A stretch of 64,000 nt of DNA from Solirubrobacterales bacterium (GTDB lineage: Bacteria > Actinomycetota > Thermoleophilia > Solirubrobacterales > Solirubrobacteraceae). Every line of letters begins with the position of its first letter. The stretch's first letter is position 1. Positions 25,469-34,392 of this stretch are shown here, piece by piece. The notes under the pieces are model-generated. The model ran no database searches. It was not told the DNA's origin and was given only the letters and a program-made list of their open reading frames with translations. The position numbers and the translations under genes were made by a program. The stretch spans positions 49-64,048 of the forward strand of contig QHBW01000089.1 in assembly GCA_003244205.1 (NCBI GenBank). The letters are read 5' to 3'.

Positions 25469-26908
25469 TCAGCTCAGGCTCACCATCACGTGCTTGAGCT
25501 CGGTGTAGTCCTGCAGCGAGTAGATCGACATGTCCTTGCCGTAGCCCGACTGCTTGAAGCCGCCGTGGGGCATCTCTGACACGAGCGGGATGTGGTCGTT
25601 GACCCACACGGTGCCGAAGCGCAGCAGCCGCGCGGCGTTCATCGCGCGGCCGACATCGCGGGTCCAGACGCTCGACGCGAGGCCGTAGTCGACGCCGTTG
25701 GCCCATTCGATCGCCTGCTCGTCGGTGGCGAAGCGCTGCACGCTGACCACCGGTCCGAAGACCTCGCGCTGGACGAGCTCGTCGTCCTGAGCCAGGCCGG
25801 CTACGACCGTCGGCTCGTAGAAGAAGCCCGCGCCGGGGCGCGTCGCCCCGCCGGTCACCGCTTCGGCCGCCGCTGGCGCGCGCTCGATGAAGCCCTCGAC
25901 ACGCTCGCGCTGGGACTGCGAGACGAGCGGTCCCATCTCGGTGTCCTCGGCGAAGGGATCGCCGACCTGCAGCGATTGGGCAGCCGCGGCGAGCCCGCTG
26001 ACGAAGTCGTCGTAGACGCGCGGCCCCGCGATCACGCGGCTGGCCGCCGTGCAGTCCTGGCCAGCGTTCCAGAAGCCGCCCACCTTCACGCCCTCGATCG
26101 CGGCCTCGATGTCGGCGTCGTCGAAGACGAGCACGGGCGCCTTGCCACCCAGCTCGAGGTGCACGCGCTTGAGCGAGTCGGCGGCGGCGTGCGCGACGGC
26201 CTTGCCGGTCGCGACGTCGCCGGTCAGCGAGACCATCGCGACCGTCGGATGGCTGACGAGCGCCGCCCCCGTCGTCTCGCCGTGGCCGAAGATCACGTTG
26301 AGCACGCCGTTGGGAAGGTGCTCGGCGCAGACCTCGGCGAGCACGGCGGCGGTCAGCGGCGTCTGCTCGGAGGGCTTGAGCACGACGGTGTTGCCGGCGG
26401 CGAGCGCGGGGCCGATCTTCCAGATCGCCATGAACAGCGGGTAGTTCCACGGCGCCACCTGTCCGACGACGCCGATCGGCTCGCGCCGCAGCATCGAGGT
26501 GTAGCCGCTCATGTACTCGCCGGCGATCTGCCCCTGCATCGTGCGTGCAGCACCGGCGAAGAAGCGCAGGTTGTCGACCAGCACCGGGATCTCGTCGCGC
26601 GCGGCCTCCAGCGGCTTGCCGACGTTGCGCGCCTCGAGCTCGGCGAGCTCGTCCCCGCGCGCCTGCAGCGCGTCGGCGATCCGCAGCAGGGCAAGCGCGC
26701 GCTCGCCGGGCACGGTCTCCGACCAGCCCGCGAAGGCGCGCTCGGCGGCCCCGACGGCCTCGTCCACGTCGCGCTCCCCTGCCAGCGGCGCGGTCGCGAT
26801 CACCTCTCCGGTCGCCGGGTTGACGATCTCCTCGCTGGCCCCGTCGCTAGCTGGGCGATGCTCTCCGTCGATGAAGTTCTCGATCTGGGTGACAGCTGTG
26901 GCTGGCAT
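25469..26908 (-). CDS. NAD-dependent aldehyde dehydrogenase (gamma-aminobutyraldehyde dehydrogenase-like)
   Basis: ORF 25469..26908. [24 protein letters not shown] (catalytic Cys) and [11 protein letters not shown] are present. Confidence 0.9.
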   Translation of the reverse strand: MPATAVTQIENFIDGEHRPASDGASEEIVNPATGEVIATAPLAGERDVDEAVGAAERAFAGWSETVPGERALALLRIADALQARGDELAELEARNVGKPLEAARDEIPVLVDNLRFFAGAARTMQGQIAGEYMSGYTSMLRREPIGVVGQVAPWNYPLFMAIWKIGPALAAGNTVVLKPSEQTPLTAAVLAEVCAEHLPNGVLNVIFGHGETTGAALVSHPTVAMVSLTGDVATGKAVAHAAADSLKRVHLELGGKAPVLVFDDADIEAAIEGVKVGGFWNAGQDCTAASRVIAGPRVYDDFVSGLAAAAQSLQVGDPFAEDTEMGPLVSQSQRERVEGFIERAPAAAEAVTGGATRPGAGFFYEPTVVAGLAQDDELVQREVFGPVVSVQRFATDEQAIEWANGVDYGLASSVWTRDVGRAMNAARLLRFGTVWVNDHIPLVSEMPHGGFKQSGYGKDMSIYSLQDYTELKHVMVSLS

Positions 26909-26931
26909 CGCGGCTCCTTAGCAGGGGGTGC

Positions 26932-28317
26932 TCAGCGGCGGATGCGTTCGCCGGCCTCGCGTAGCACGGGCCGGAGCACGGCCTCGATCTCCTCGAACTG
27001 CTCGGGACCGGCGATCAGCGGGGGCGCGAGCTGGATCACGGGGTCCCCGCGATCGTCGGCGCGGCAGATCAGCCCGCGGCGGAACAGCTCTCCGGAGAGG
27101 AAGCCGCGCAGCAGCTCCTCGGACTCGGCGTCGTCGAAGGACTCCTTGGTGTCCTGGTCCTTGACGAGCTCGATCGCCTGGAAGAAGCCCGCTCCGCGCA
27201 CGTCGCCGACGATCGGCAGGTCGCGCAGGGCCTCGAGCATCGAGCGGAAGGCCGCCTCGCGCGCGCGCACCTGACCGCAGAGGTCCTCGCGCTCCAAGAT
27301 CTCGAGGTTCGCGAGCGCCACCGCTGCGGCGACCGGATGCCCGCCGAAGGTGAAGCCGTGGGCGAACATCGCGGTCCCCTCGAGGAACGGCTCGATCAGC
27401 CGGTCGGAGACGATCATCGCGCCCATCGGGACGTTGGCGGAGGTCAGCCCCTTTGCGGTCGTGATGATGTCGGGCGTGTAGCCGTAGCGCTCCGAGCCGA
27501 AGTAGTGGCCGAGCCGGCCCCACGAGCAGATCACCTCGTCGGAGATCAGCAGGACGCCGTGGCGATCGCAGATCTCGCGCACGCGCTGGAAGTAGCCCTC
27601 CTGGGGGACGAAGCAGCCGCCGCCGTTCTGCACCGGCTCGAGGATCACCGCGCCGACGGTCTCGGCCCCCTCGCGCTCGATGCGCTCCTCGATCGCGTCG
27701 GCGGCCCAGAGCGGGTCGCGCTCCGCGGGCCAGCGGTAGTCGTTGGTGTTGGGGACGTGCGAGGCGCCGGGGGCAAGCGGCTTGAAGGGATCTCTGAGGG
27801 AGTCGATGCCGGTGGCCGCCAGCGCGCCGAGCGATGTGCCGTGGTAGGACAGGTGGCGGGCGATGATCTTCGTTCGGTCCTCGTCGCCGCGCGCGCGGTG
27901 ATATGCGCGTGTCAGCTTCCAGGCCGACTCCACGGCCTCCGATCCGCCCGAGGTGAAGAAGACGCGGTTGAGCGGCTCGGGCGCGAGCGTCGCGATGCGC
28001 GCAGCGAGCTCGATCGCGCGCGGGTGCGCGTAGCTCCACGTGGTGAAGAAGTCGAGCTCAGCGATCTGGGCCTTCGCCGCCTCGCCGAGCTCGCTGCGGC
28101 CGTGGCCGGCGTTGACGCAGAAGAGCGCCGAGAGGCCGTCGAGATAGCGCTTGCCGTGCTCGTCGTAGACGTAGCAGCCGTCGGCGCGCGTGATGATCGG
28201 GACCTCGTGATCGGCGTAGGTCCCAAGCCGCGTGAAGTGCATCCAGAGGTGGCGTCGGGCGAGCGCCTGGAGGTCGCCGGTCGCCGTGTCGGCGGGGTTC
28301 TCTACGTGCGTTGCCAT
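26932..28317 (-). CDS. class III (omega-amine) aminotransferase, putrescine/beta-alanine:pyruvate type
   Basis: ORF 26932..28317. SGGSEAVE, ISDEVICSWGRLG and TTAKGLTS (PLP Lys) are present. Confidence 0.9.
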   Translation of the reverse strand: MATHVENPADTATGDLQALARRHLWMHFTRLGTYADHEVPIITRADGCYVYDEHGKRYLDGLSALFCVNAGHGRSELGEAAKAQIAELDFFTTWSYAHPRAIELAARIATLAPEPLNRVFFTSGGSEAVESAWKLTRAYHRARGDEDRTKIIARHLSYHGTSLGALAATGIDSLRDPFKPLAPGASHVPNTNDYRWPAERDPLWAADAIEERIEREGAETVGAVILEPVQNGGGCFVPQEGYFQRVREICDRHGVLLISDEVICSWGRLGHYFGSERYGYTPDIITTAKGLTSANVPMGAMIVSDRLIEPFLEGTAMFAHGFTFGGHPVAAAVALANLEILEREDLCGQVRAREAAFRSMLEALRDLPIVGDVRGAGFFQAIELVKDQDTKESFDDAESEELLRGFLSGELFRRGLICRADDRGDPVIQLAPPLIAGPEQFEEIEAVLRPVLREAGERIRR

Positions 28318-28414
28318 CGGGCTCCTCTCCTGGCGGCGGCACCGCGGGGGGCGGCGACTGGACGCTCAGGACAACGGTAGCGCGCGGTCGGCGCTGGCCG
28401 GGAGCGCCACCCGC

Positions 28415-29104
28415 CTACCCACCGGGCGCGCGCAGCACGACCCACCCGGCGATCGCCACGAAGTGCGCCGTGGCCGCCGCGATCACGAGCGTGTGGAAGA
28501 TCTCGTGGAAGCCGAAGACGCGCGGCCACGGGTCGGGCCGCTGGGCGCCGTAGACGACGGCGCCGATCGTGTAGAGCAGGCCGCCGGCGGCCAGCAGCAC
28601 GAACGGCGCGATGCCGGCCCGCTGCAGCAGCTCGGGGAGCGCGACGACCGCGATCCAGCCCAGCGCGAGATAGGTGCCGGCGACGAGCCAGCGGGGAGCG
28701 TCGATCCAGGCAAGGCTGAACGTCACGCCGGCGGCGGCGCCGACCCACGCGCACACGAGCACGATCCACTGCAGCGAGCCGTGCAGCACGAGCAGCGCGA
28801 CCGGCGTGTAGGTGGCCGCGATGAAGACGAAGATCGTCGAGTGGTCGATGCGGCGCAGCAGGCGCTTCCAGCGTAGGCTGCCGCGCCAGCGGTGATAGAG
28901 CCCGCTGCCGCCGAACAGCGCGCAGAGCCCGACCCCGTAGATCAGCGCGGCGACCCGCGCCGCGCCGGAGGGCGCGAGCGCGAACAGCACCGACGCGGCG
29001 GCCAGCGCCACCCAGAAGGTGTAGACGTGCAGCAGGCCGCGCAGCAGGGGCCGGACAGTTTCGTCGCTCGGGGCGGCGTCGAGGGAGCTCATCCCGCTGT
29101 CCAT
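28415..29104 (-). CDS. hemolysin III / PAQR-family membrane protein
   Basis: ORF 28415..29104. It has 7 TM segments and the RIDHSTIF and FHTLVIAAA motifs. Confidence 0.85.
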   Translation of the reverse strand: MDSGMSSLDAAPSDETVRPLLRGLLHVYTFWVALAAASVLFALAPSGAARVAALIYGVGLCALFGGSGLYHRWRGSLRWKRLLRRIDHSTIFVFIAATYTPVALLVLHGSLQWIVLVCAWVGAAAGVTFSLAWIDAPRWLVAGTYLALGWIAVVALPELLQRAGIAPFVLLAAGGLLYTIGAVVYGAQRPDPWPRVFGFHEIFHTLVIAAATAHFVAIAGWVVLRAPGG

Positions 29105-29162
29105 TATCCACAGGCGTCGGCGTCGCCACGCCGCGCGAGCGCCATGACGCCGCTGCCCGCGA

Positions 29163-30101
29163 CTAGGCCGCGCGGGCCTCGCCGAGCGGCTCCGGGCGGC
29201 CTTGACCGACGAGCTTCGCCCGCTGGCGCTCGGGCGGAATCACGACCACCTCGTGCGCGAGCCCGACCGCTTGCAGGCCGCGGATCACCAACGCCGAAGG
29301 GTCCGGCTCGAAGCGACCGAGGCCGTGGCGGTGTGAGCGCGGGAATGCATGATGGTTGTGGTGCCACGCCTCGCCGAGCGAGGGCAGCGCGAGCCAGGCG
29401 ACGTTCGTCGAGTGGTCGTCCACCTCGAAGCGCCGACGCCCCGCGAAGTGACACACCGAGTTGATCGACCAGGTGATGTGGTGAAGCAGGAAGACGCGCA
29501 CGAGTCCGCCCCAAAGCAGGCCGCGCAGCGCGCCGTCGGTGGTGTAGCCATGCAGGACGAAGCCGGCGAGCGCCGGCAGCGCGAGCCCGAGCGCCACCCA
29601 GAGTGCGAACAGGCGGCTGATGCGGCGCATCGCGGGGTCCTCGCGCATGTCGCGGGCGTACTGGCGGCGATCGGCGAGCCCCTGGGTGCGAAAGAGCCAG
29701 CCGACGTGGGCGTGCACGAGGCCGCGCAGCCCCGTACCGTGTCCGACGTGGGGGGAGTGGGGGTCGCCCTCCTCGTCGGTGTGGGCATGGTGCTTGCGGT
29801 GATCGGCGACCCATTCGACGACCGGTCCCTGGGCTGCCATCGAGCCGAGGATCGCGAGCACGATCTGCAGTGGCCGCACGGCGGCGAACGATCGGTGCGT
29901 GAAGAGGCGGTGGTAGCCGATCGTGATCCCGAAGCCGACCAGCAGATAAAAGAAGGCGAAGATGGAGAGGTCGGTAGCGTCGACCTCGTGGCTCCAGAGA
30001 AGCGTGATCGCGGCCACGAAGGCGACGAACGGAAGGAAGACGGCCACCAAGTTGATGCGGCGCTGAAGTGAAGTCACGCTTTGATCGTGGCACTCAATCA
30101 C
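29163..30101 (-). CDS. acyl-CoA (stearoyl-CoA delta-9 type) fatty acid desaturase
   Basis: ORF 29163..30101. It has the histidine boxes GYHRLFTH, HRKHHAHTD and HHNHHAF. The start may be a downstream GTG. Confidence 0.85.
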   Translation of the reverse strand: MIECHDQSVTSLQRRINLVAVFLPFVAFVAAITLLWSHEVDATDLSIFAFFYLLVGFGITIGYHRLFTHRSFAAVRPLQIVLAILGSMAAQGPVVEWVADHRKHHAHTDEEGDPHSPHVGHGTGLRGLVHAHVGWLFRTQGLADRRQYARDMREDPAMRRISRLFALWVALGLALPALAGFVLHGYTTDGALRGLLWGGLVRVFLLHHITWSINSVCHFAGRRRFEVDDHSTNVAWLALPSLGEAWHHNHHAFPRSHRHGLGRFEPDPSALVIRGLQAVGLAHEVVVIPPERQRAKLVGQGRPEPLGEARAA

Positions 30102-30122
30102 GCAGCGTTCTTATCGGATTGG

Positions 30123-30145
30123 GGGCGGCCATGCCGCCCTTTTTT
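30123..30145 (+). terminator. intrinsic-terminator-like hairpin GGGCGGC-CAT-GCCGCCC followed by TTTTTT, in a divergent promoter region
   Basis: It has a perfect 7-bp GC stem, a 3-nt loop and a T6 tract on the plus strand. No plus-strand gene lies upstream. Confidence 0.35.
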
Positions 30146-30159
30146 GTAATCTTCTGATA

Positions 30160-31365
30160 ATGGATCGCCCTGGCGCCGCTGCCTGGCCCGTGATCGCCCC
30201 CGATGTCGTCGTCGCGCTGCGTCCGATCCTGGGCGAGCTGTCGGAGGCCGTCATCGACGCCGTGTCCGCCGAGGTGCCGGCGTACGCGCGGCCGATGGAG
30301 GGCGAGTTCGGGCGCATGGTGCGCTTGGGGGTCGAGCGTGCGCTGACACGGTTCTTCGATCTGCTCGAGGATCCCGGGCGTGGAAGCGATCGCTGGCGAC
30401 AGATCTACGTCGAGCTCGGGCGAGGAGAGTTCCGGGAGGGACGCACGCTCGACGCGCTGCTCGCCGCCTACCGCATCGGCGCGCGCGTGTCTTGGCGCTG
30501 GATCGTGGAGGCCGGCGAGGCCGCCGGGCTCCAGCCCGCGGCGCTCTTCGATATCGCCGAGGCGATGTTCGCCTACATCGACGAGCTCTCGGCCGAGTCC
30601 GTCGAGGGCTATGCCAGCGAGCAGTCCTCGCAGGCGGGCGCGCGCGAGCGCGCGCGTCGTGCCCTGATCACGGCGCTCTCCCAAGATCCCCTGAGCCTTG
30701 CGGTGGTGCGGCGCGAGGCCGCGCGCCTCAGCGTGCGCGTAGGCGCGAGCGTCGCCGCGCTGACCGCGGCTGAGAGCGACGTCGGCACGGTCGCCCGCCA
30801 GCTCGGCGCGGGCGCGGTCGTCGCGGTTCTCGACGGTCGTACCGTCGCCTACCTGCTCGATCCCGACGCACCGGGGGAACACGAGCGCTTGCTGGGAGTC
30901 CTGACTGGCGCTGCGGTCAGCGCCGCGATCGGGCCGGTGCTGCCGGTGGCGCGCGCGAGCGTGAGCCTCGCCCTGGCTCGTCGCCTGCTCGCGCTGATGG
31001 AGGCGGGAGCGCTGCCCGGTGGCGCGCCGCGGCTGGTCGACGACGAGCTCGTGGCGCTGGTCGTGCACAGCGATCCGCACGTCGCCGAGCGCCTGGTCGA
31101 TCTCGTCTTGGAGCCGCTCAGCGGCCTTGCCGGGTCGGCGCGAGGGCGGCTGACCGAGACGCTGCGGGCGTGGCTCGAGCACCAGGGCCGCGCGGACGCG
31201 GTCGCCCACCAGCTCGGCGTCCACCCCCAGACGGTGCGCTATCGCGTCAACCAGCTGCGCGGGCTCTTCGCTGGCGCGCTCGACGATCCGCAGCAGCGCA
31301 CGCGGCTGGGCTTGGCGCTGCTGGCGGCCGGTGCGGCTCCGGGGTTATCGGCGGAGAGGATCTGA
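30160..31365 (+). CDS. PucR-family transcriptional regulator
   Basis: ORF 30160..31365. The C-terminal HTH is LRAWLEHQGRADAVAHQLGVHPQTVRYRVNQLRGLF. Confidence 0.8.
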   Translation: MDRPGAAAWPVIAPDVVVALRPILGELSEAVIDAVSAEVPAYARPMEGEFGRMVRLGVERALTRFFDLLEDPGRGSDRWRQIYVELGRGEFREGRTLDALLAAYRIGARVSWRWIVEAGEAAGLQPAALFDIAEAMFAYIDELSAESVEGYASEQSSQAGARERARRALITALSQDPLSLAVVRREAARLSVRVGASVAALTAAESDVGTVARQLGAGAVVAVLDGRTVAYLLDPDAPGEHERLLGVLTGAAVSAAIGPVLPVARASVSLALARRLLALMEAGALPGGAPRLVDDELVALVVHSDPHVAERLVDLVLEPLSGLAGSARGRLTETLRAWLEHQGRADAVAHQLGVHPQTVRYRVNQLRGLFAGALDDPQQRTRLGLALLAAGAAPGLSAERI

Positions 31366-33360
31366 AGGGGGCCGGCGCGGTCGGTTGCAGCCGGCGTAGT
31401 CGCCGTTCCCGGAGGGGGTCGCGGGCGCGTGCAGCGAGAAGATCGAGAACGCCCCGCTGTGCAGCAGCAGAGTTGCGCGCGGGTCGGTGCGCGTCCAGTC
31501 GAGCGCGGGGGGCGGGCGCCGATTGGCTCCCAGCCCCGGGACGTCGATCACCGCGTAGTCGTAGCGCCCCGCGATCAGTGCGCGGCGCCAGGCCGCGCAC
31601 GTCGGCTCGGCCCCGAACACGGCGCGTGGTCCCCGCTGGCCGACCCACTGCACCCAGTTTGAGAGGCTGGCGCCGTAGAAGGGGTACTGACGGTCCGAGC
31701 CCGCCATCGCGATCCGCCGGTGGCTGACGCCGTTAGCCCAGGCCCATGCGACGTGGGTGCTGCCGACGCGGTCGCTGTAGCGGCCATGGCGCTCGAGCGC
31801 CGCCAGCGCAAGGCCCACCGGCAGCGCGAAGCCGGCCAGCACCGCCGCGACGGCGAGGCCGCGGGCCGGGAACCTCGCGCGCGCCAGCAGCGTCGCCACG
31901 ATCACCGCGAGCACGGCACTCGCTCCCAGCAGCGCTCCGATCGGGTCGAGCGAGATCTGGTGGTAGTCGAGGCCGAAGGCCGCGAGCGCCAGCGCGGCGA
32001 GCACGGCCGCAGCCCGGATCCACGGCGTGCGCGCCAGCGGCAGCGCGAGCGCCAGCGCAAGCAACCCGATGAGCAGCGACGGCGCCAGGAATCGCAGCGC
32101 GATCGTGAACTGGAAAGGGTGGTGCAGGGGCCCACCCGCCGTCTTCGGTGTGAGCGCGTAGACGAGCGCGGCCACGATCGCCACGACGCCCAGGACCTGG
32201 AGCTGGCGGCGGCCGCGGGCCGCCAGCGCCGCCAGCGCGCCGATCAGGGCCAGGATCAGGACCGCCGGCCAGAGCGAGCCGAGGTTCTGCTGCATGCCCT
32301 TCTGAAAAAGGGCAAAGATCGCGTTGCTGGGGTGCAGCAGGTAGTGGGCGACCGTGTAGTTCTCGGACTGGGCGAGCATCGGCGTGCGCTGGAAGGGCCC
32401 GAAGCTCCCCCACGGGAGTGGATTACCGACGGCGATCAGGTTGCGCAGGTACCAGAAGCTGCCGCCTGCGAAGAGGCCGACGACCCAGGTGACCGCCGAC
32501 GCCAGCCGGGCGCCGCGACGGGCCACCAGCACCGACCCCAGCGCGAGCGTGAGCACGGCCGCCACGACGGTGAGCTTGGCCGAGATCGCGAGCCCGCCGG
32601 CGAGCGCGACCAGCCAGAGCGCGCGCGGCGGATCCTCAGCTGGATCGCGCGCGAGGAAGAGCGCGACCGCGCACAGCAGCAGCGCGTCGGCGGCGGTATC
32701 CGAGCGCGCGCCACCGGCGTCTCCGATCAGCAGCGCCGCGCAGACGCCCGCCACCGCGATGACGGTCCCGGCGGACCGGCGTGTCGCGCGTCCGGCGCAC
32801 CAGCCGGCCAGCAGCGCGAGGCCGAGCCAGCCGATGTTGATCAGCGGGGAGAGGACATCGCCGCCGAAGAGCAGCATCGCGAACGCGTGCAGCAGCTCGG
32901 TCGTGGCCGGATAGAAGGACGATTGGGAGTCCGGCCCGAAGAAGTTCAGCGTGACGATGTCGCCGCGCTGGACGAAGCGGGCGGCCAGCGGGAGGTGGTA
33001 CCAGAGCGTGTCGACGTCTTCTATGCCGACGTTGACGGCTGGCGTCGTGGCCGCCCCCCAGACCGCCGCCGTCGCCGCGGCGGCGATCCCCGCGACGCCG
33101 AGCTGAGCCCGCAGCGGCGCCCGCGTCGCGGTCGGAGCCTCGCTGGAGCGCTCCCGCCGGCTGGCGCGCTCCCGCCGGCTGGCGCGCTCCCGCCGACGCA
33201 GGGCCGCGGCGACCGCTACGCCCACGAGCGCGCATCCGGCGACCGTCCAGCCCAGCTTGAACAGCCCCACCGCGCCGAGTAGCTCGAGCACCCAGACGAG
33301 CAGGCAGAGAGTCGCCACCGCCTCGGCGAGCCGCGCCAGCGAGCCGCGGGCGGCCGGCAT
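31345..33360 (-). CDS. large polytopic membrane protein, GT-C (ArnT/PMT-like) glycosyltransferase fold suspected
   Basis: ORF 31345..33360. It has at least 12 predicted TM helices, an acidic first loop GIEDVD and a soluble C-terminal domain. The family call is tentative. Confidence 0.6.
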   Translation of the reverse strand: MPAARGSLARLAEAVATLCLLVWVLELLGAVGLFKLGWTVAGCALVGVAVAAALRRRERASRRERASRRERSSEAPTATRAPLRAQLGVAGIAAAATAAVWGAATTPAVNVGIEDVDTLWYHLPLAARFVQRGDIVTLNFFGPDSQSSFYPATTELLHAFAMLLFGGDVLSPLINIGWLGLALLAGWCAGRATRRSAGTVIAVAGVCAALLIGDAGGARSDTAADALLLCAVALFLARDPAEDPPRALWLVALAGGLAISAKLTVVAAVLTLALGSVLVARRGARLASAVTWVVGLFAGGSFWYLRNLIAVGNPLPWGSFGPFQRTPMLAQSENYTVAHYLLHPSNAIFALFQKGMQQNLGSLWPAVLILALIGALAALAARGRRQLQVLGVVAIVAALVYALTPKTAGGPLHHPFQFTIALRFLAPSLLIGLLALALALPLARTPWIRAAAVLAALALAAFGLDYHQISLDPIGALLGASAVLAVIVATLLARARFPARGLAVAAVLAGFALPVGLALAALERHGRYSDRVGSTHVAWAWANGVSHRRIAMAGSDRQYPFYGASLSNWVQWVGQRGPRAVFGAEPTCAAWRRALIAGRYDYAVIDVPGLGANRRPPPALDWTRTDPRATLLLHSGAFSIFSLHAPATPSGNGDYAGCNRPRRPPSDPLRR
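33148..33196. repeat. 18-bp tandem repeat x2.7 (GCGCTCCCGCCGGCTGGC) encoding (RRERAS)n in the membrane protein N-terminus
   Basis: Two perfect copies plus a partial copy were read directly. The repeat is in frame. Confidence 0.85.
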
Positions 33361-33546
33361 CAGCGCGCGACGGATCGCGGCGCCAGCGACCCACAGGGGC
33401 GCGAGTGCGACCCCGGCCGCAACCAGCCCGACGAGGAAACGCCCGGGCCCGACTACGGCGCGCGCCTCCCAGTGGCCGGAGTCACGCGGCGATTCTATGC
33501 ATCACGCCCGGGCACTCCGGGCGCTACGTCTGGGGTAGGGCCTCCG

Positions 33547-33837
33547 TCAGAGGTTGCCGTCGCCGTCGCTGGGACCGCCGCTGTTGTCGGCGTCGTGGTC
33601 GCCGCCGCCGTTCTGGGGAATCCCGCCTGAGGACGATGCCGGCGCGGAGGTCGCGGGGGCGCTCGTGGCGGGGGCGCTCGTGGCGGGGGCGCTCGTCGCC
33701 GGGGCGCTGGACGCCGGCGCGGCCGTGGACGAGCCCGTGCTCGACGACGAGGACGAGCCGCAGCCCGCTACGACCAACACCCCACTCACCGCCAGCGCGC
33801 TGAGCAAGAGCTTAGGATCGAGGTGATCTGTTCGCAT
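33547..33837 (-). CDS. small lipoprotein (96 aa) with (APATS)n linker and conserved acidic C-terminal motif
   Basis: ORF 33547..33837. It has the lipobox VVAGCGSS, a 15-bp coding repeat, and the C-terminus SGGIPQNGGGDHDADNSGGPSDGDGNL. Confidence 0.65.
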   Translation of the reverse strand: MRTDHLDPKLLLSALAVSGVLVVAGCGSSSSSSTGSSTAAPASSAPATSAPATSAPATSAPATSAPASSSGGIPQNGGGDHDADNSGGPSDGDGNL

Positions 33838-33852
33838 GGAGTTTTCTTCCTC

Positions 33853-34275
33853 TCAGAGGTTGCCGTCGCCGTCGCTGGGACCACCGTTGTTGTCGGCGTC
33901 GTGATCCCCACCATTGGCCTGGGGAATGCCGCCGCTCGGCGGGGCCTGGTGCGTGGTGTGCGTCTGCGTATGGGTCGTCGTGTGGGTGGTGGTCTGGGTG
34001 TGCATTGTGATGTGGGTGGGCGGTGCAGGCGGAGTGAAGGACGTCGTCGCTACCGGCGCCGCCGTGGTCGTGCGATGCACGACATGGTGGACCACCTTGT
34101 GCTTGCGCGCGGGTCTCGTGGTCGTCGAGCTGCTCGACGTCGTGCTCGAGGTGGTGGCCGGCGTCGTCTTGGCCGCGGTCGAGCCGCTGGAGCTGGAGCC
34201 GCCGCAACCGGCCGCGATCAGAGCCGTGGCAGCCAAGGCGGGGAGCCAGAGCCATGAGTGGGGAGGGGAGGTCAT
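33853..34275 (-). CDS. small lipoprotein (140 aa), His/Thr-rich, paralogue of 33547..33837
   Basis: ORF 33853..34275. It has the lipobox LIAAGCGGS, the segment HKVVHHVVH...HITMHTQTTTHTTTHTQTHTTH, and the C-terminus SGGIPQANGGDHDADNNGGPSDGDGNL. Confidence 0.65.
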   Translation of the reverse strand: MTSPPHSWLWLPALAATALIAAGCGGSSSSGSTAAKTTPATTSSTTSSSSTTTRPARKHKVVHHVVHRTTTAAPVATTSFTPPAPPTHITMHTQTTTHTTTHTQTHTTHQAPPSGGIPQANGGDHDADNNGGPSDGDGNL

Positions 34276-34392
34276 TTGCTTCGCTTCGCTCTCTGTCGCA
34301 TTGATGTGACTAGCTCCCTTGACGCCGCAACTGGTGCATGCCTTCCCGGTGGGTGCTGGGCGAGCACGGTCGCCCCGGACGGTCGCAGCGCA

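Noticed and set aside
25469-28317. Aminotransferase plus aldehyde dehydrogenase pair as something novel
   Set aside because: This is a standard omega-amine (putrescine/GABA-type) catabolic pair, so it is reported only as features.
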